Below, piece after piece: positions 31,081 through 41,894 of a stretch of DNA of 60,885 nt. This stretch comes from Acidimicrobiales bacterium (GTDB taxonomy: Bacteria > Actinomycetota > Acidimicrobiia > Acidimicrobiales > Palsa-688): positions 1 to 60,885 of the forward strand of contig JAFAWZ010000273.1 of the NCBI GenBank assembly GCA_019241495.1. Reading direction: 5' to 3'. The position numbers were made by a program, and so were the translations under genes. Each line of letters begins with the position of its first letter. Positions within the stretch are counted from its first letter, which is position 1. Below the pieces are notes generated by a model. The model made no database searches. It was given only the letters and a program-made list of their open reading frames with translations, and was not told the DNA's origin.

Positions 31081-33680
31081 TTGGGCGACGCCAACAGCTC
31101 AACCCGCTCCCACTCGAAGGCCGGTCGGGGTTGGCCGCGCTCCTCCGTCATGACGATGTCCGGATCCGCGACGTCGGCATTGACGAAGGACCGGAACCGG
31201 CGCAGCCTGATCGGGTCCTCGAGCGTCTCTCTCCATTCGCAGCGGTAGCGAGCCACGTGTTCGGCCATGGCCGCCTCCAGGTCCGCGGCCAAACCCAGCG
31301 AATCCTCGACTACCACTCGGCGCAAGTGGTCGATACCGCCCTCCATCGCCTCGAGCCACGTCGAGCTGCGCTGCAACCGGTCAGCCGTACGGACGTAGTA
31401 CATCACGAACCGGTCGATGTAGCGAACCAGCGTGTCTTTGTCCAGATCAGCGGCCAGCAGATCGGCGTGACGAGGCCGAGCACCTCCGTTGCCACACACA
31501 TACAGGTTCCATCCCCGTTCGGTCGCGATCACACCTACGTCTTTACCTTGGGCTTCGGCGCATTCGCGCACACAGCCCGAAACGGCCATCTTGATCTTGT
31601 GCGGACTGCGCAGGCCCCGGTAGCGGAGCTCCAGCTCGACGGCCAGGCCAGTCGAGTCCTGAACGCCATAGCGGCACCAGGTCGACCCCACACAGGATTT
31701 CACTGTCCGGACGGCCTTCCCGTAGGCGTGCCCCGACTCCAGGCCGGCGTCGGCCAGCCGGGCCCAGATCGCGGGCAGGTCATCCACCCTGGCTCCGAGG
31801 AGATCTATCCGTTGCCCGCCAGTGATCTTGACGTACAAGTTGAAGGCCTGAGCAACCTCGCCGAGGACAATTAGCTTCTCGGGCGTGAGCTCTCCTCCGG
31901 GCACGCGGGGCACCACCGAGTAGGTGCCATCGCGTTGGAGGTTGGCAAGGAAGTGATCGTTGCTGTCCTGGATCGATGCGCCTTCGCCGTCGAGGATGTG
32001 ACCCCCCGACACCGATGCCAGGATCGACGCGACGGCCGGTTTGCACGTCTCGCAGCCTGCACCGGTCCCGTACCGGCCTATCAGCTCGGAGAAAGTCGTG
32101 ATGGCGGTGAGCCGCACGATGTCGCAAAGCTCCTGGCGGGACTGGCTGAAGTGCTCGCAAAGCCGCCGCGAGGCCTCTATACCTGCCTCGGCCAGACGGG
32201 CCCGAAGCAGATCGGTGATCTGCGGCACGCAACCACCGCATCCCGTCCCGGCCCCGGTCGACGATTTCACGGCCGCCAGATCGGCCTGCCCGGAACTGCG
32301 GATGCTCTCGGCGATCGAATCACAGATCTGTCCCGCACTGACGTTCTCGCACGAACAGACAGTCGCCGAGGGCCGCAAGGCCGGACCGGCTGCCGCCGCC
32401 GGAGCGTGATCGTCGCCGCGCCGGCCGGGCAGCAGCAGATCGACGAAGTCTTCAGGGGCATCTGCGTCGCCGGCCGTCACCGCGACCATCGTGTCGAAAC
32501 CGGACGCGTCGCCCACCAGGATCCCTCCGATGACCCGCCCGTCGGACGCGGTGACCAAACGCCGATGGACCCGGCTGACGTTGTCGGTAAACGCGATAGT
32601 CGAGGCACCCGCCGTCCGGGCGTGAGCGTCTCCGAAGCTGGCCACGTCCACGCCGAGCAGCTTCAGTTTGGTCGGTGTCTCGCCCGGCTCGAACACCGAG
32701 TCGCCGCCGCAGATGTTCTCGGCCGCGACCCGCGCCATCTGATAGCCCGGCGAAACCAGGCCGTGGACTCGTCCACCGGCCAGTGCACACTCCCCGACCG
32801 CATAGATCGACGGGTCGCTGGTCCGGCAGCGTTCGTCGACCACGATCCCACCCCGCTCCCCCACCTCGAGCCCGCAGCCGCGAGCCAGCTCGTCGCGTGG
32901 ACGGATGCCGGCCGCGAAGACCACCATCTCGGTCGTCAAGAGCTCGCTCCGTGCTCGGTCCTCAGCCGGCGCCAGCTCTACCGCGCTCACCGTTCCGTCC
33001 TCACCAGCGACGATAGAAACCAACGCCGTCGCGGTGTGGACAGCCAAACCGTGGTCCTCGATCCGCCGTCGGAGCAAATCGCCACCTATCTCATCGACTT
33101 GCAGCGGCATGAGCCGAGGGGCGATCTCGACTACTTCGGTGGCCAAGCCGCAGTGGCGCAGGGCGTTGGCCGCTTCCAGCCCGAGGAGACCACCTCCCAC
33201 CACCACCCCGTGGGCTCGCCCGTTGGCCCACCGCCTTATCGCGTCGACATCGGTAACGGAGCGGTACACGAAGCATCCCGGCAGGTCCCGGCCCGCCACT
33301 GGGGGGACGAAGGCGGACGAACCGGTGGCCATCACCGCCGCGTCGTAGGGAAACTCGCGGCCCCGGTCGGTAGTCGCGACTCTTCGGGCCCGGTCGAGGT
33401 GGACTACCTGCTCGCCTCTCACCAACGTGAGCGCAGGATCTCTCATGATCTCGGGGTCAACGAGATCCAGGTCAGACGAATCAGCCCCCTCGAATAGCTT
33501 CGACAGGTGTACCCGGTCGTAGGCCGCCAGAGCTTCTTCACCGACGACGACCAGATCCCAGCTCCGGGTGGCCCCCCGGCGAACCAGAGCCTCGACGACC
33601 TTGTTCCCAACCATCCCGTGACCGATCACCAGGAGGCGACGTCGGTGGCGGGCCTCGTTCGAAACCGGCGAGCCGGTCAT
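31077..33680 (-). CDS. nirB: NAD(P)H-nitrite reductase large subunit
   Basis: FAD/NAD Rossmann folds (LLVIGHGMVGNK), a BFD-like 2Fe-2S domain (CSCENV), and a siroheme/4Fe-4S domain (CVGSTWCRYG, VSGCVRECAEAQ). ATG 33680 overlaps the narK TGA. Confidence 0.9.
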   Translation of the reverse strand: MTGSPVSNEARHRRRLLVIGHGMVGNKVVEALVRRGATRSWDLVVVGEEALAAYDRVHLSKLFEGADSSDLDLVDPEIMRDPALTLVRGEQVVHLDRARRVATTDRGREFPYDAAVMATGSSAFVPPVAGRDLPGCFVYRSVTDVDAIRRWANGRAHGVVVGGGLLGLEAANALRHCGLATEVVEIAPRLMPLQVDEIGGDLLRRRIEDHGLAVHTATALVSIVAGEDGTVSAVELAPAEDRARSELLTTEMVVFAAGIRPRDELARGCGLEVGERGGIVVDERCRTSDPSIYAVGECALAGGRVHGLVSPGYQMARVAAENICGGDSVFEPGETPTKLKLLGVDVASFGDAHARTAGASTIAFTDNVSRVHRRLVTASDGRVIGGILVGDASGFDTMVAVTAGDADAPEDFVDLLLPGRRGDDHAPAAAAGPALRPSATVCSCENVSAGQICDSIAESIRSSGQADLAAVKSSTGAGTGCGGCVPQITDLLRARLAEAGIEASRRLCEHFSQSRQELCDIVRLTAITTFSELIGRYGTGAGCETCKPAVASILASVSGGHILDGEGASIQDSNDHFLANLQRDGTYSVVPRVPGGELTPEKLIVLGEVAQAFNLYVKITGGQRIDLLGARVDDLPAIWARLADAGLESGHAYGKAVRTVKSCVGSTWCRYGVQDSTGLAVELELRYRGLRSPHKIKMAVSGCVRECAEAQGKDVGVIATERGWNLYVCGNGGARPRHADLLAADLDKDTLVRYIDRFVMYYVRTADRLQRSSTWLEAMEGGIDHLRRVVVEDSLGLAADLEAAMAEHVARYRCEWRETLEDPIRLRRFRSFVNADVADPDIVMTEERGQPRPAFEWERVELLASPK

Positions 33681-35203
33681 AGAGCAGAGGCCGCGAGAAC
33701 CAGCCGCGGAGCTCGACGGAGGTAGACGGCCCAGGTGACCGCACCGAAGATGACGTAGGAAGCCAGGAAGGTCCACAGCGCGGGCGCCGACCAAGCCGAG
33801 TGGGCCGTCGCGACCGCGTCTTTGAGCGCAGGGGTCTTGGCCGCCTTCTCCAACGCCGTGATGTGAAGGCTGGCCTGGCGCAACACGACCTGGACACCGA
33901 CACCGCCGAGCGCCCCCACCGCACCCGCGATGCCGATCACCGCGGCGGCCCGGCGCTTCAGCTCGACCCGTACCGACGCAGGATCACCCGCAACTGACGC
34001 CGCCATGACCTCGGAGGAGAAGACCGAAGGGATCAGCTTGTAGATCGATCCGTTGCCCATGCCGGTGAACAGGAACACCACCATGAACGAGCCGAGGAAC
34101 AACGCGAAGTCGTGGGCTTCGACCCCAGCAATGGCGAAACCGGTGAATACGGTCATGCCGGCGAACATGGCAAGAGTCACGCGTGCTCCGCCGAGGCGGT
34201 CGGACAGCCAGCCTCCCAGCGGGCGGGAGAGGGAACCCACCAGCGCGCCCAGGAACCCGAGGCCGGCCAGGTAGGTGGCGATGAAGGGATGGCTGTGCAG
34301 GAACGACGGGAAGCTGTTCTTGATCACCAGCGGCAGCGCGAACGAGTACCCGATGAACGACCCGAAGGTTCCTATGTAAAGGAATGACAGCACCCAGGTG
34401 TGCGGCTCCCTGACGGCCATCAGATAAGACCGCTTGTCAGCCCTCGCCTGGGTGAGGCTGTCCATGTACCTCCACGCGGCCCAGGCGGTGAGCAAGACGA
34501 ACGGAACCCAGATCCAACCCGCATAGGCCAAGTGCACCTGATGCTTGGTCAGCTTCACCGCCGCGGCGGGCACCCCGATGATGACCACGAGAGGGATCAC
34601 CAGCTGGCTCACCGCTACCCCGAGGTTGCCACCGGCCGCGTTGAGGCCGAGCGCGTAGCCCTTCTTGCGCTCTGGATAAAAGAAGGAGATGTTCGCCATC
34701 GAAGAGGCGAAGTTCGCCCCTCCCACGCCGGCGGTAGCCGCGCAAACCAACAACACCCAGAGCTGGATCCCGTGAGACTGGTGAGCCAGCCAGCTGCTCG
34801 GCACCACCATCGCCAGGAGCAGACAGGGAACTAGAAGCACCAACCCGCTGACCGTGGTCCAAGCCCGGCCTCCGAACCTCGGCACCGCGAACGTGTAGGG
34901 AATGCGCAACACCGAACCGATCAGGTTGGGGACCAGCGTCAACATGAACTGCTCGGAAAGCGACATCTTGATGCCCGCGTTCGCCAGGTTGATCACCACC
35001 ACGGTCCACATCACCCACACGCAAAACCCCATGTGGTCGGTGATGATCGACAGGGCCAGGTTCTTCTTGGCTGTCCGCTCACCACCGGCCTCCCATCGGG
35101 ACTCATCCTCGGGATCCCAGTCGTCGATCCATCGGCCCCGCCGATGGACGACCGGGAGGGCCGGGGCCTCCCCAGAGGAGGTGGTCAAATCGAACGTGGT
35201 CAT
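33677..35203 (-). CDS. narK: MFS nitrate/nitrite transporter (NarK/NasA type)
   Basis: 12-TM MFS layout. NNP signature-like GGNLGVAVSQL and GMGNGSIYK. Confidence 0.85.
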   Translation of the reverse strand: MTTFDLTTSSGEAPALPVVHRRGRWIDDWDPEDESRWEAGGERTAKKNLALSIITDHMGFCVWVMWTVVVINLANAGIKMSLSEQFMLTLVPNLIGSVLRIPYTFAVPRFGGRAWTTVSGLVLLVPCLLLAMVVPSSWLAHQSHGIQLWVLLVCAATAGVGGANFASSMANISFFYPERKKGYALGLNAAGGNLGVAVSQLVIPLVVIIGVPAAAVKLTKHQVHLAYAGWIWVPFVLLTAWAAWRYMDSLTQARADKRSYLMAVREPHTWVLSFLYIGTFGSFIGYSFALPLVIKNSFPSFLHSHPFIATYLAGLGFLGALVGSLSRPLGGWLSDRLGGARVTLAMFAGMTVFTGFAIAGVEAHDFALFLGSFMVVFLFTGMGNGSIYKLIPSVFSSEVMAASVAGDPASVRVELKRRAAAVIGIAGAVGALGGVGVQVVLRQASLHITALEKAAKTPALKDAVATAHSAWSAPALWTFLASYVIFGAVTWAVYLRRAPRLVLAASAL

Positions 35204-35291
35204 GGGACGAGTAAACGTCCGCCATGCGTCGGCGTTGTTGCCAGATTCCTAACCGCGTGTGAGCACCGACTCAGCCCCGGACCGCGTCCCG

Positions 35292-35318
35292 GTGAGGGTG
35301 GCGAAACCGGCCCGTAAC
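35292..35318. promoter_or_regulatory. Candidate GlnR box: GTGAG-n6-GAAAC-n6-GTAAC upstream of narK
   Basis: Spacing was read directly. It resembles the actinobacterial gTnAc-n6-GaAAc consensus and lies about 90-115 nt upstream of the narK start. Confidence 0.3.
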
Positions 35319-35347
35319 AAACCAGCCGTGACAGACCTCGGAGGGTG

Positions 35348-35821
35348 TCAGATCATGGCAGCTCGTGCCGCGGCCGCCCGGCACCTGGGGCACATGCCCC
35401 GAAAGACGATGTCCACATCGAGCAGCTCGAAGCCGTGTTGCTGGGTAACGGACAGGGCCAGCCCTTCGGTCCCTTCGGGGTTGACGTCGCGCAGCTCTCC
35501 GCAGCCGACGCAGTAGAGGTGGTGATGGGTGGCGGTGGAGTTGGGGTCGTAACGCTTGGGGCCGTCACCGGTCGAGATCTCCAGCACCTCGCCCATGCCC
35601 ACCAACTCATTGAGGGTGTTGTACACCGTGGCCAGGCTGATCTCGGGGAGGAGTCGCTGGGCCCGGCTGTAGACGGCGTCGGCCGTCAAGTGGATGTGCT
35701 CACCGGCCAGGACTTCGGCCACCACCCTGCGCTGGGCGGTCAGCCGCCACCCCCGGTCCCTCAACCGCTGGACCAACTCGCTGATGGGTGCCTCCCTCGC
35801 GCTCTGGCGGCCCACAACCAT
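35348..35821 (-). CDS. Fur family transcriptional regulator (FurA/PerR-like), divergent from katG
   Basis: HTH region RLTAQRRVVAEVL, HHHLYCVGCG and CPRC metal sites. Confidence 0.85.
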   Translation of the reverse strand: MVVGRQSAREAPISELVQRLRDRGWRLTAQRRVVAEVLAGEHIHLTADAVYSRAQRLLPEISLATVYNTLNELVGMGEVLEISTGDGPKRYDPNSTATHHHLYCVGCGELRDVNPEGTEGLALSVTQQHGFELLDVDIVFRGMCPRCRAAAARAAMI

Positions 35822-35854
35822 ACTGTGAGCCCAATAATGGATGTGTTCTCGCTC

Positions 35855-35883
35855 TTGACTTATTCTAAGCCTGTAGATAGCTT
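35855..35883 (+). promoter_or_regulatory. Candidate katG promoter TTGACT-N17-TAGCTT with an embedded TAAGC-N9-GCTTA dyad
   Basis: Read directly in the AT-richer fur-katG intergenic region. Confidence 0.3.
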
Positions 35884-35885
35884 AA

Positions 35886-38132
<2,247 letters not shown>

Positions 38133-38153
38133 CCTTGTGAGGCCGGGGCTGGT

Positions 38154-39032
38154 TCAGCGGAGGTTCGGGGCGACCTCCACCATGAACTTCTCCAGCGCGG
38201 CGAGGTCGAGATCGGCCTCGTCGCGCAGTGAGATGTCGCACATGTCGAAGCCGAGCTCGGCGAGCGTCTCGAAGTGCGACGGGCCGGCGGCCAGAGGGCC
38301 ACTTGCCACGAGCAGCAAGGAGCTGGGATCGCGGTCCTCGAGCTCACACGCCCGGCGAAAGCGGTCTATCAGCTCCTGACCCTTGTCCCGCGTGTCGTCC
38401 CCCACGCTCGGGCCAGAAGGAGCCCAACCGTCGCCCCAGCGCGCCGCCCGCCGGAGCGCACCTTCGCTGTTGCCTCCCACGATGACAGGTACCCTCTCGC
38501 CAGGCACGGGGCGGAACCCGGCTGCGATGTGCCGGTAGTGTTTTCCGTTGAACTCGCTGATCTCTTCTCTCCATGCCTGGCGCATGAGGGCCACGTGCTC
38601 GTCGAGCCGCTCGAAGCGCGCCTCGGGGGGAACGCCCATGGTCTCGAACTCCTCCAGCAGCCACCCCGCCCCCACGCCCAGGATGAATCGATCCCCGGCC
38701 AGGGCGACCAGGGTGCCGATCTGCTTGGCGAGAAGCACCGGATTGCGATATACAGCTATGAGGACACGGGTTCCGAGCTTGATCCGACTCGTGGCGCCGG
38801 CAACTACCGACAGCGTCGTCATCGACTCGAAATACGGCATCTCGGGCTGGTTGTAATAAGCACCACCGGGGAACTTGGACTTCGGTCCAATGGCTACCGG
38901 GTTGAACACGTGGTCGAAGACCCACACCGTGTCGAGGCCGATCTCCTCGGCGTGGCGAGCCAGATCGACGAGATTCGACTTCCCAGACAACGGGCCGGAG
39001 TTGGGTAGGTGCAAACCGAGTTCCATGTTCAA
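38154..39032 (-). CDS. luciferase-like monooxygenase (LLM) family oxidoreductase, possibly F420-dependent
   Basis: MELGLHLP...AEEIGLDTVWVFDH TIM-barrel N-terminus is typical of the LLM class. Confidence 0.8.
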   Translation of the reverse strand: MNMELGLHLPNSGPLSGKSNLVDLARHAEEIGLDTVWVFDHVFNPVAIGPKSKFPGGAYYNQPEMPYFESMTTLSVVAGATSRIKLGTRVLIAVYRNPVLLAKQIGTLVALAGDRFILGVGAGWLLEEFETMGVPPEARFERLDEHVALMRQAWREEISEFNGKHYRHIAAGFRPVPGERVPVIVGGNSEGALRRAARWGDGWAPSGPSVGDDTRDKGQELIDRFRRACELEDRDPSSLLLVASGPLAAGPSHFETLAELGFDMCDISLRDEADLDLAALEKFMVEVAPNLR

Positions 39033-39043
39033 AGTCCTGTCGT

Positions 39044-39358
39044 CTAGACGTGCCGGTAGATCTCGCCGTCGAAGAAGATCAGGTCGGCCCGGGTGATCTG
39101 CCCGGCGGCGCCGAACTTCTTCGTCTCTTCGATTCTTCGATCGTGCTCAGGTGTCGCAGTGAAGCTCTCGAACAACGGGCGTGACTCCCACAGTTGGTGC
39201 ATGTGAACCGTGGTCGGGTCGAACATATCCCTCGCGATGGAGAAGCCCTGGTTCCCGGGGCAGGAACGCCCGAACTCGACGAAGCGCCGGGAAGACTCTT
39301 CGAACGCCCCGGTAGCAGCGGGGTCGTGGATGACATAACGCCCGTACACGATGATCAA
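39044..39358 (-). CDS. ABM (antibiotic biosynthesis monooxygenase)-like small ferredoxin-fold protein
   Basis: About 100 aa. The pattern ...GFSIARDMFDPTTVHMHQLWESRPLFESF is typical of the ABM/Dabb fold. Confidence 0.6.
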   Translation of the reverse strand: MIIVYGRYVIHDPAATGAFEESSRRFVEFGRSCPGNQGFSIARDMFDPTTVHMHQLWESRPLFESFTATPEHDRRIEETKKFGAAGQITRADLIFFDGEIYRHV

Positions 39359-39411
39359 GGGGACGACGCTACCAGCCCCTCCGTCGACCCGTCCTTGGTC
39401 ACCGAGCGGCG

Positions 39412-39474
39412 GTCCAGGCCGCCGCCGTTGTCCAGGCCGCCGCCGTGGTCCAGGCGCCGCCGGTGCAGGCCGTC
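39412..39474. repeat. 18-bp tandem repeat x3.5 (gtccaggccgccgccgtt-like) between DUF488 and the ABM gene
   Basis: Units at 39412-39429, 39430-39447 and 39448-39465, plus a partial unit. Read directly. Confidence 0.85.
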
Positions 39475-39871
39475 AATCCTGCGACGTCTCCCGCCGCCGA
39501 GGAGGATGAGCGAGGAAGTCGTTGAGCACGGCCGCACCTGAGTGCTCGACGTCACGCGTGGCGGTGAGCAGCGCTACCCGGTGTTCCCGAGTATCGGCCT
39601 GCAGGCGGGCAATAGCGTCGGAAGCCGGGGGGCGGGCCAGTTCTTCTCGGTACCGCCGAGCGAACTCATCGAACTTGGCCGGGTCGTGGCCGTACCAGCG
39701 ACGCAGCTCGGGGCTGGGCGCCACGTCCTTGGCCCACTCATCGATGCCGGCTTCGGCTTTGGCGAGGCCCCGCGGCCAGAGCCGATCTACCAGGACCCGG
39801 TAGGCATCGTCGCCGCGGTGGGGGTCGTACACCCGGCGGACCTCGAAAGACGATCGGTCGTGGGACGACAT
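39473..39871 (-). CDS. DUF488 family protein
   Basis: RVLVDRLWPRGL...WAKDVAPSPELRRWYGHDP is a characteristic DUF488 signature. Confidence 0.8.
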   Translation of the reverse strand: MSSHDRSSFEVRRVYDPHRGDDAYRVLVDRLWPRGLAKAEAGIDEWAKDVAPSPELRRWYGHDPAKFDEFARRYREELARPPASDAIARLQADTREHRVALLTATRDVEHSGAAVLNDFLAHPPRRRETSQD

Positions 39872-40051
39872 GTCGACTACCTCGTCAGAAGCTGTGGCAA
39901 AAGTCGCGGGAGGGAGAAGGCGGCGGCTCGTCTTCGACCAACTCTCTCCTCCTCTGCACCACGGGGATGCGACGAGCCGTCGCCTTCTCCCACCTGGAAG
40001 TAATTTTGCGACAGCTTCCCAGGGCCCGAACGCCTACCCGGGATCGGCGCG

Positions 40052-41296
40052 TCATGCCGACTCCCGGGCGAGGCTGGACAGCTCGACGTCCGGGTCCACC
40101 AGCTTGGTCGGGTCGACATGGCCCGGAGAGGCGACCAGCGTGGCGATGGACTCTGCAACGTCCCACACATTGACGTTCATACCGGCGACGAGACGGCCGC
40201 TGTTCAGCCAGAACGCGATGAACTCCCGGCTGGCCGGATCGCCCCGGAACAACACCTGGTCCCATTCGACCGCCAGCCCGGAGTACTCCATGCCGATCTC
40301 GTACTGGTCCGAGAAGAAGTACAGGATACGTTCGTATGCGGCCTTGGCCCCGAGCATATTCCGAGCGACTACCGGCCCCTGGTTCAAGGCGGATGACCAG
40401 TGCTCGAGGCGGACCCGTCGGTCCAAGATCGGGTGCCAGGCATTCGCCACATCGCCAGCCGCGAACACGTTCGGGACGCTGGTCGCCAGCCATTCGTTGG
40501 TGATGACGCCGTTATCGATCGCCAATCCGGCCTGCTGAGCCAGATCGGTTCGCGGTGTGACTCCGACGCCGGCCACGACCACGTCGGCGGCCAACACCCG
40601 ACCGTCCGCGAGGACAACCTCTTCCACCTGACTCCCGCCCCTCAGCTCGGAGATCCCGACCCCCAGGTGCATCTCGACCCCGTGATCGGCGTGCACGTCG
40701 CGGTAGAAGCGACCGAGCTCGGGACCCAGCACCCGTTCGAGAGGTAGCTCGGCCATCTCTACCATGGCCACCTCGGCGTTCATCTGGCGCGCTGAGGCGG
40801 CCACCTCGCAGCCGATCCACCCGCCTCCGATGACCACCACCCGGTTCGCCGTGGCTATGGAGGCCCGGAGCTGGTCCGCGTCGGCCATGGTTCGCAGGTA
40901 CCGGACACCGCTCAGGTGGGCTCCGGGAACCTTCAGCTGCCGCGGAGCTGCTCCTGTGGCCAAAAGCGCGGCCGAGTAGGGAATGCGCTCCTCACCGTCC
41001 ACGGTGATCTCGTTCGTGGTCGGATCGATCCCGGTGACCTCTGTAGAAAGGCGCAGCTCAATGTCGTGTTCAAGATAGAAGCCCTCGTCGTGCACAAACG
41101 CTTCATCAGCCGCTGCCTCGCCTCTCAGGTAACCCTTCGATAGAGGCGGTCTTTCGTAAGGACGTACCGGTTCGTCGCCGATCAGGACCACCCGGCCGGT
41201 GAAGCCCTCGGATCGCAGGGTCTCGGCCGCCTTGGCCCCGGCCAGGCTGGCCCCGACGATGACGAAGATCCTCTCGTCGCTCACGGCAGGATCCAT
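40052..41296 (-). CDS. FAD-dependent ferredoxin/rubredoxin reductase-type pyridine nucleotide-disulfide oxidoreductase
   Basis: GASLAGAKAAETLR, YERPPLSKGYL, VVIGGGWIGCEVA and AAGDVA motifs. Confidence 0.85.
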   Translation of the reverse strand: MDPAVSDERIFVIVGASLAGAKAAETLRSEGFTGRVVLIGDEPVRPYERPPLSKGYLRGEAAADEAFVHDEGFYLEHDIELRLSTEVTGIDPTTNEITVDGEERIPYSAALLATGAAPRQLKVPGAHLSGVRYLRTMADADQLRASIATANRVVVIGGGWIGCEVAASARQMNAEVAMVEMAELPLERVLGPELGRFYRDVHADHGVEMHLGVGISELRGGSQVEEVVLADGRVLAADVVVAGVGVTPRTDLAQQAGLAIDNGVITNEWLATSVPNVFAAGDVANAWHPILDRRVRLEHWSSALNQGPVVARNMLGAKAAYERILYFFSDQYEIGMEYSGLAVEWDQVLFRGDPASREFIAFWLNSGRLVAGMNVNVWDVAESIATLVASPGHVDPTKLVDPDVELSSLARESA

Positions 41297-41300
41297 TCGT

Positions 41301-41561
41301 TCATCGAGGAGGTTCCATCTCGGCCGGGAGGAAATGGTGAATCCGTACCGGCATCAAGTGATGCGCCAGCCACGGATGGCGACAGTACGGGCAGACCGCC
41401 GACTGCCCTTGCGACCCTCCAGGGCGAAGGTGGCCACACATCCTGCACCGCTTGAAACGGACTGCCCCAATGACACCCATCAGTCCGACAATGGCCATCC
41501 AGGTGGTGATCGCCACCAACGTCAAGAGAATCAAGGTACTGAGTACCTCGGCCACAATCAT
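41301..41561 (-). CDS. small membrane-anchored Zn-ribbon protein (86 aa), hypothetical
   Basis: ATG 41561 behind GGAGG. One or two TM helices, then CRMCGH...CPYCRH. Ends 4 nt before the ferredoxin reductase start. Confidence 0.45.
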   Translation of the reverse strand: MIVAEVLSTLILLTLVAITTWMAIVGLMGVIGAVRFKRCRMCGHLRPGGSQGQSAVCPYCRHPWLAHHLMPVRIHHFLPAEMEPPR

Positions 41562-41894
41562 CGCTCGGCCTCCTATCTCGTGAGGAACGCAGAAGAACCC
41601 CTTTGAGCAAGGCCCACTACATCTCAGCGGGTACACCGGCTGCGGCGAGAAGAAGTATGGCCTTACGAGGTTCCTGTCTCCCCACCGGTCATCAAGAAGA
41701 CTCCTTCGTCGTTACATCACTTGTTTGCCCTCACTGTATCGTACACCGAGGTTCTAGTCACGCGGATATCCCTCGTGGCAAGCCCCGGGGTCGATGGGCT
41801 TGTCCTCGTCAGTGGAAGGCCGTCAACTTGCCCAGATATATCGTACTTCGATAGGATTACGAGCGGCTGACCGACTCGCGCAGAAGGGAAGAGC

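Noticed and set aside
39412-39474. A CRISPR array (considered together with the repeats at 49473-49535)
   Set aside because: The units are 18 bp and 7 bp and are directly tandem with no spacers. No cas genes are present. These are mini- or microsatellites.
41637-41894. A fluoride (crcB-motif) riboswitch upstream of the ClC gene
   Set aside because: I could not find the conserved crcB-motif core by eye. The channel is also a long CBS-containing ClC rather than the short ClC-F type usually controlled by fluoride riboswitches.
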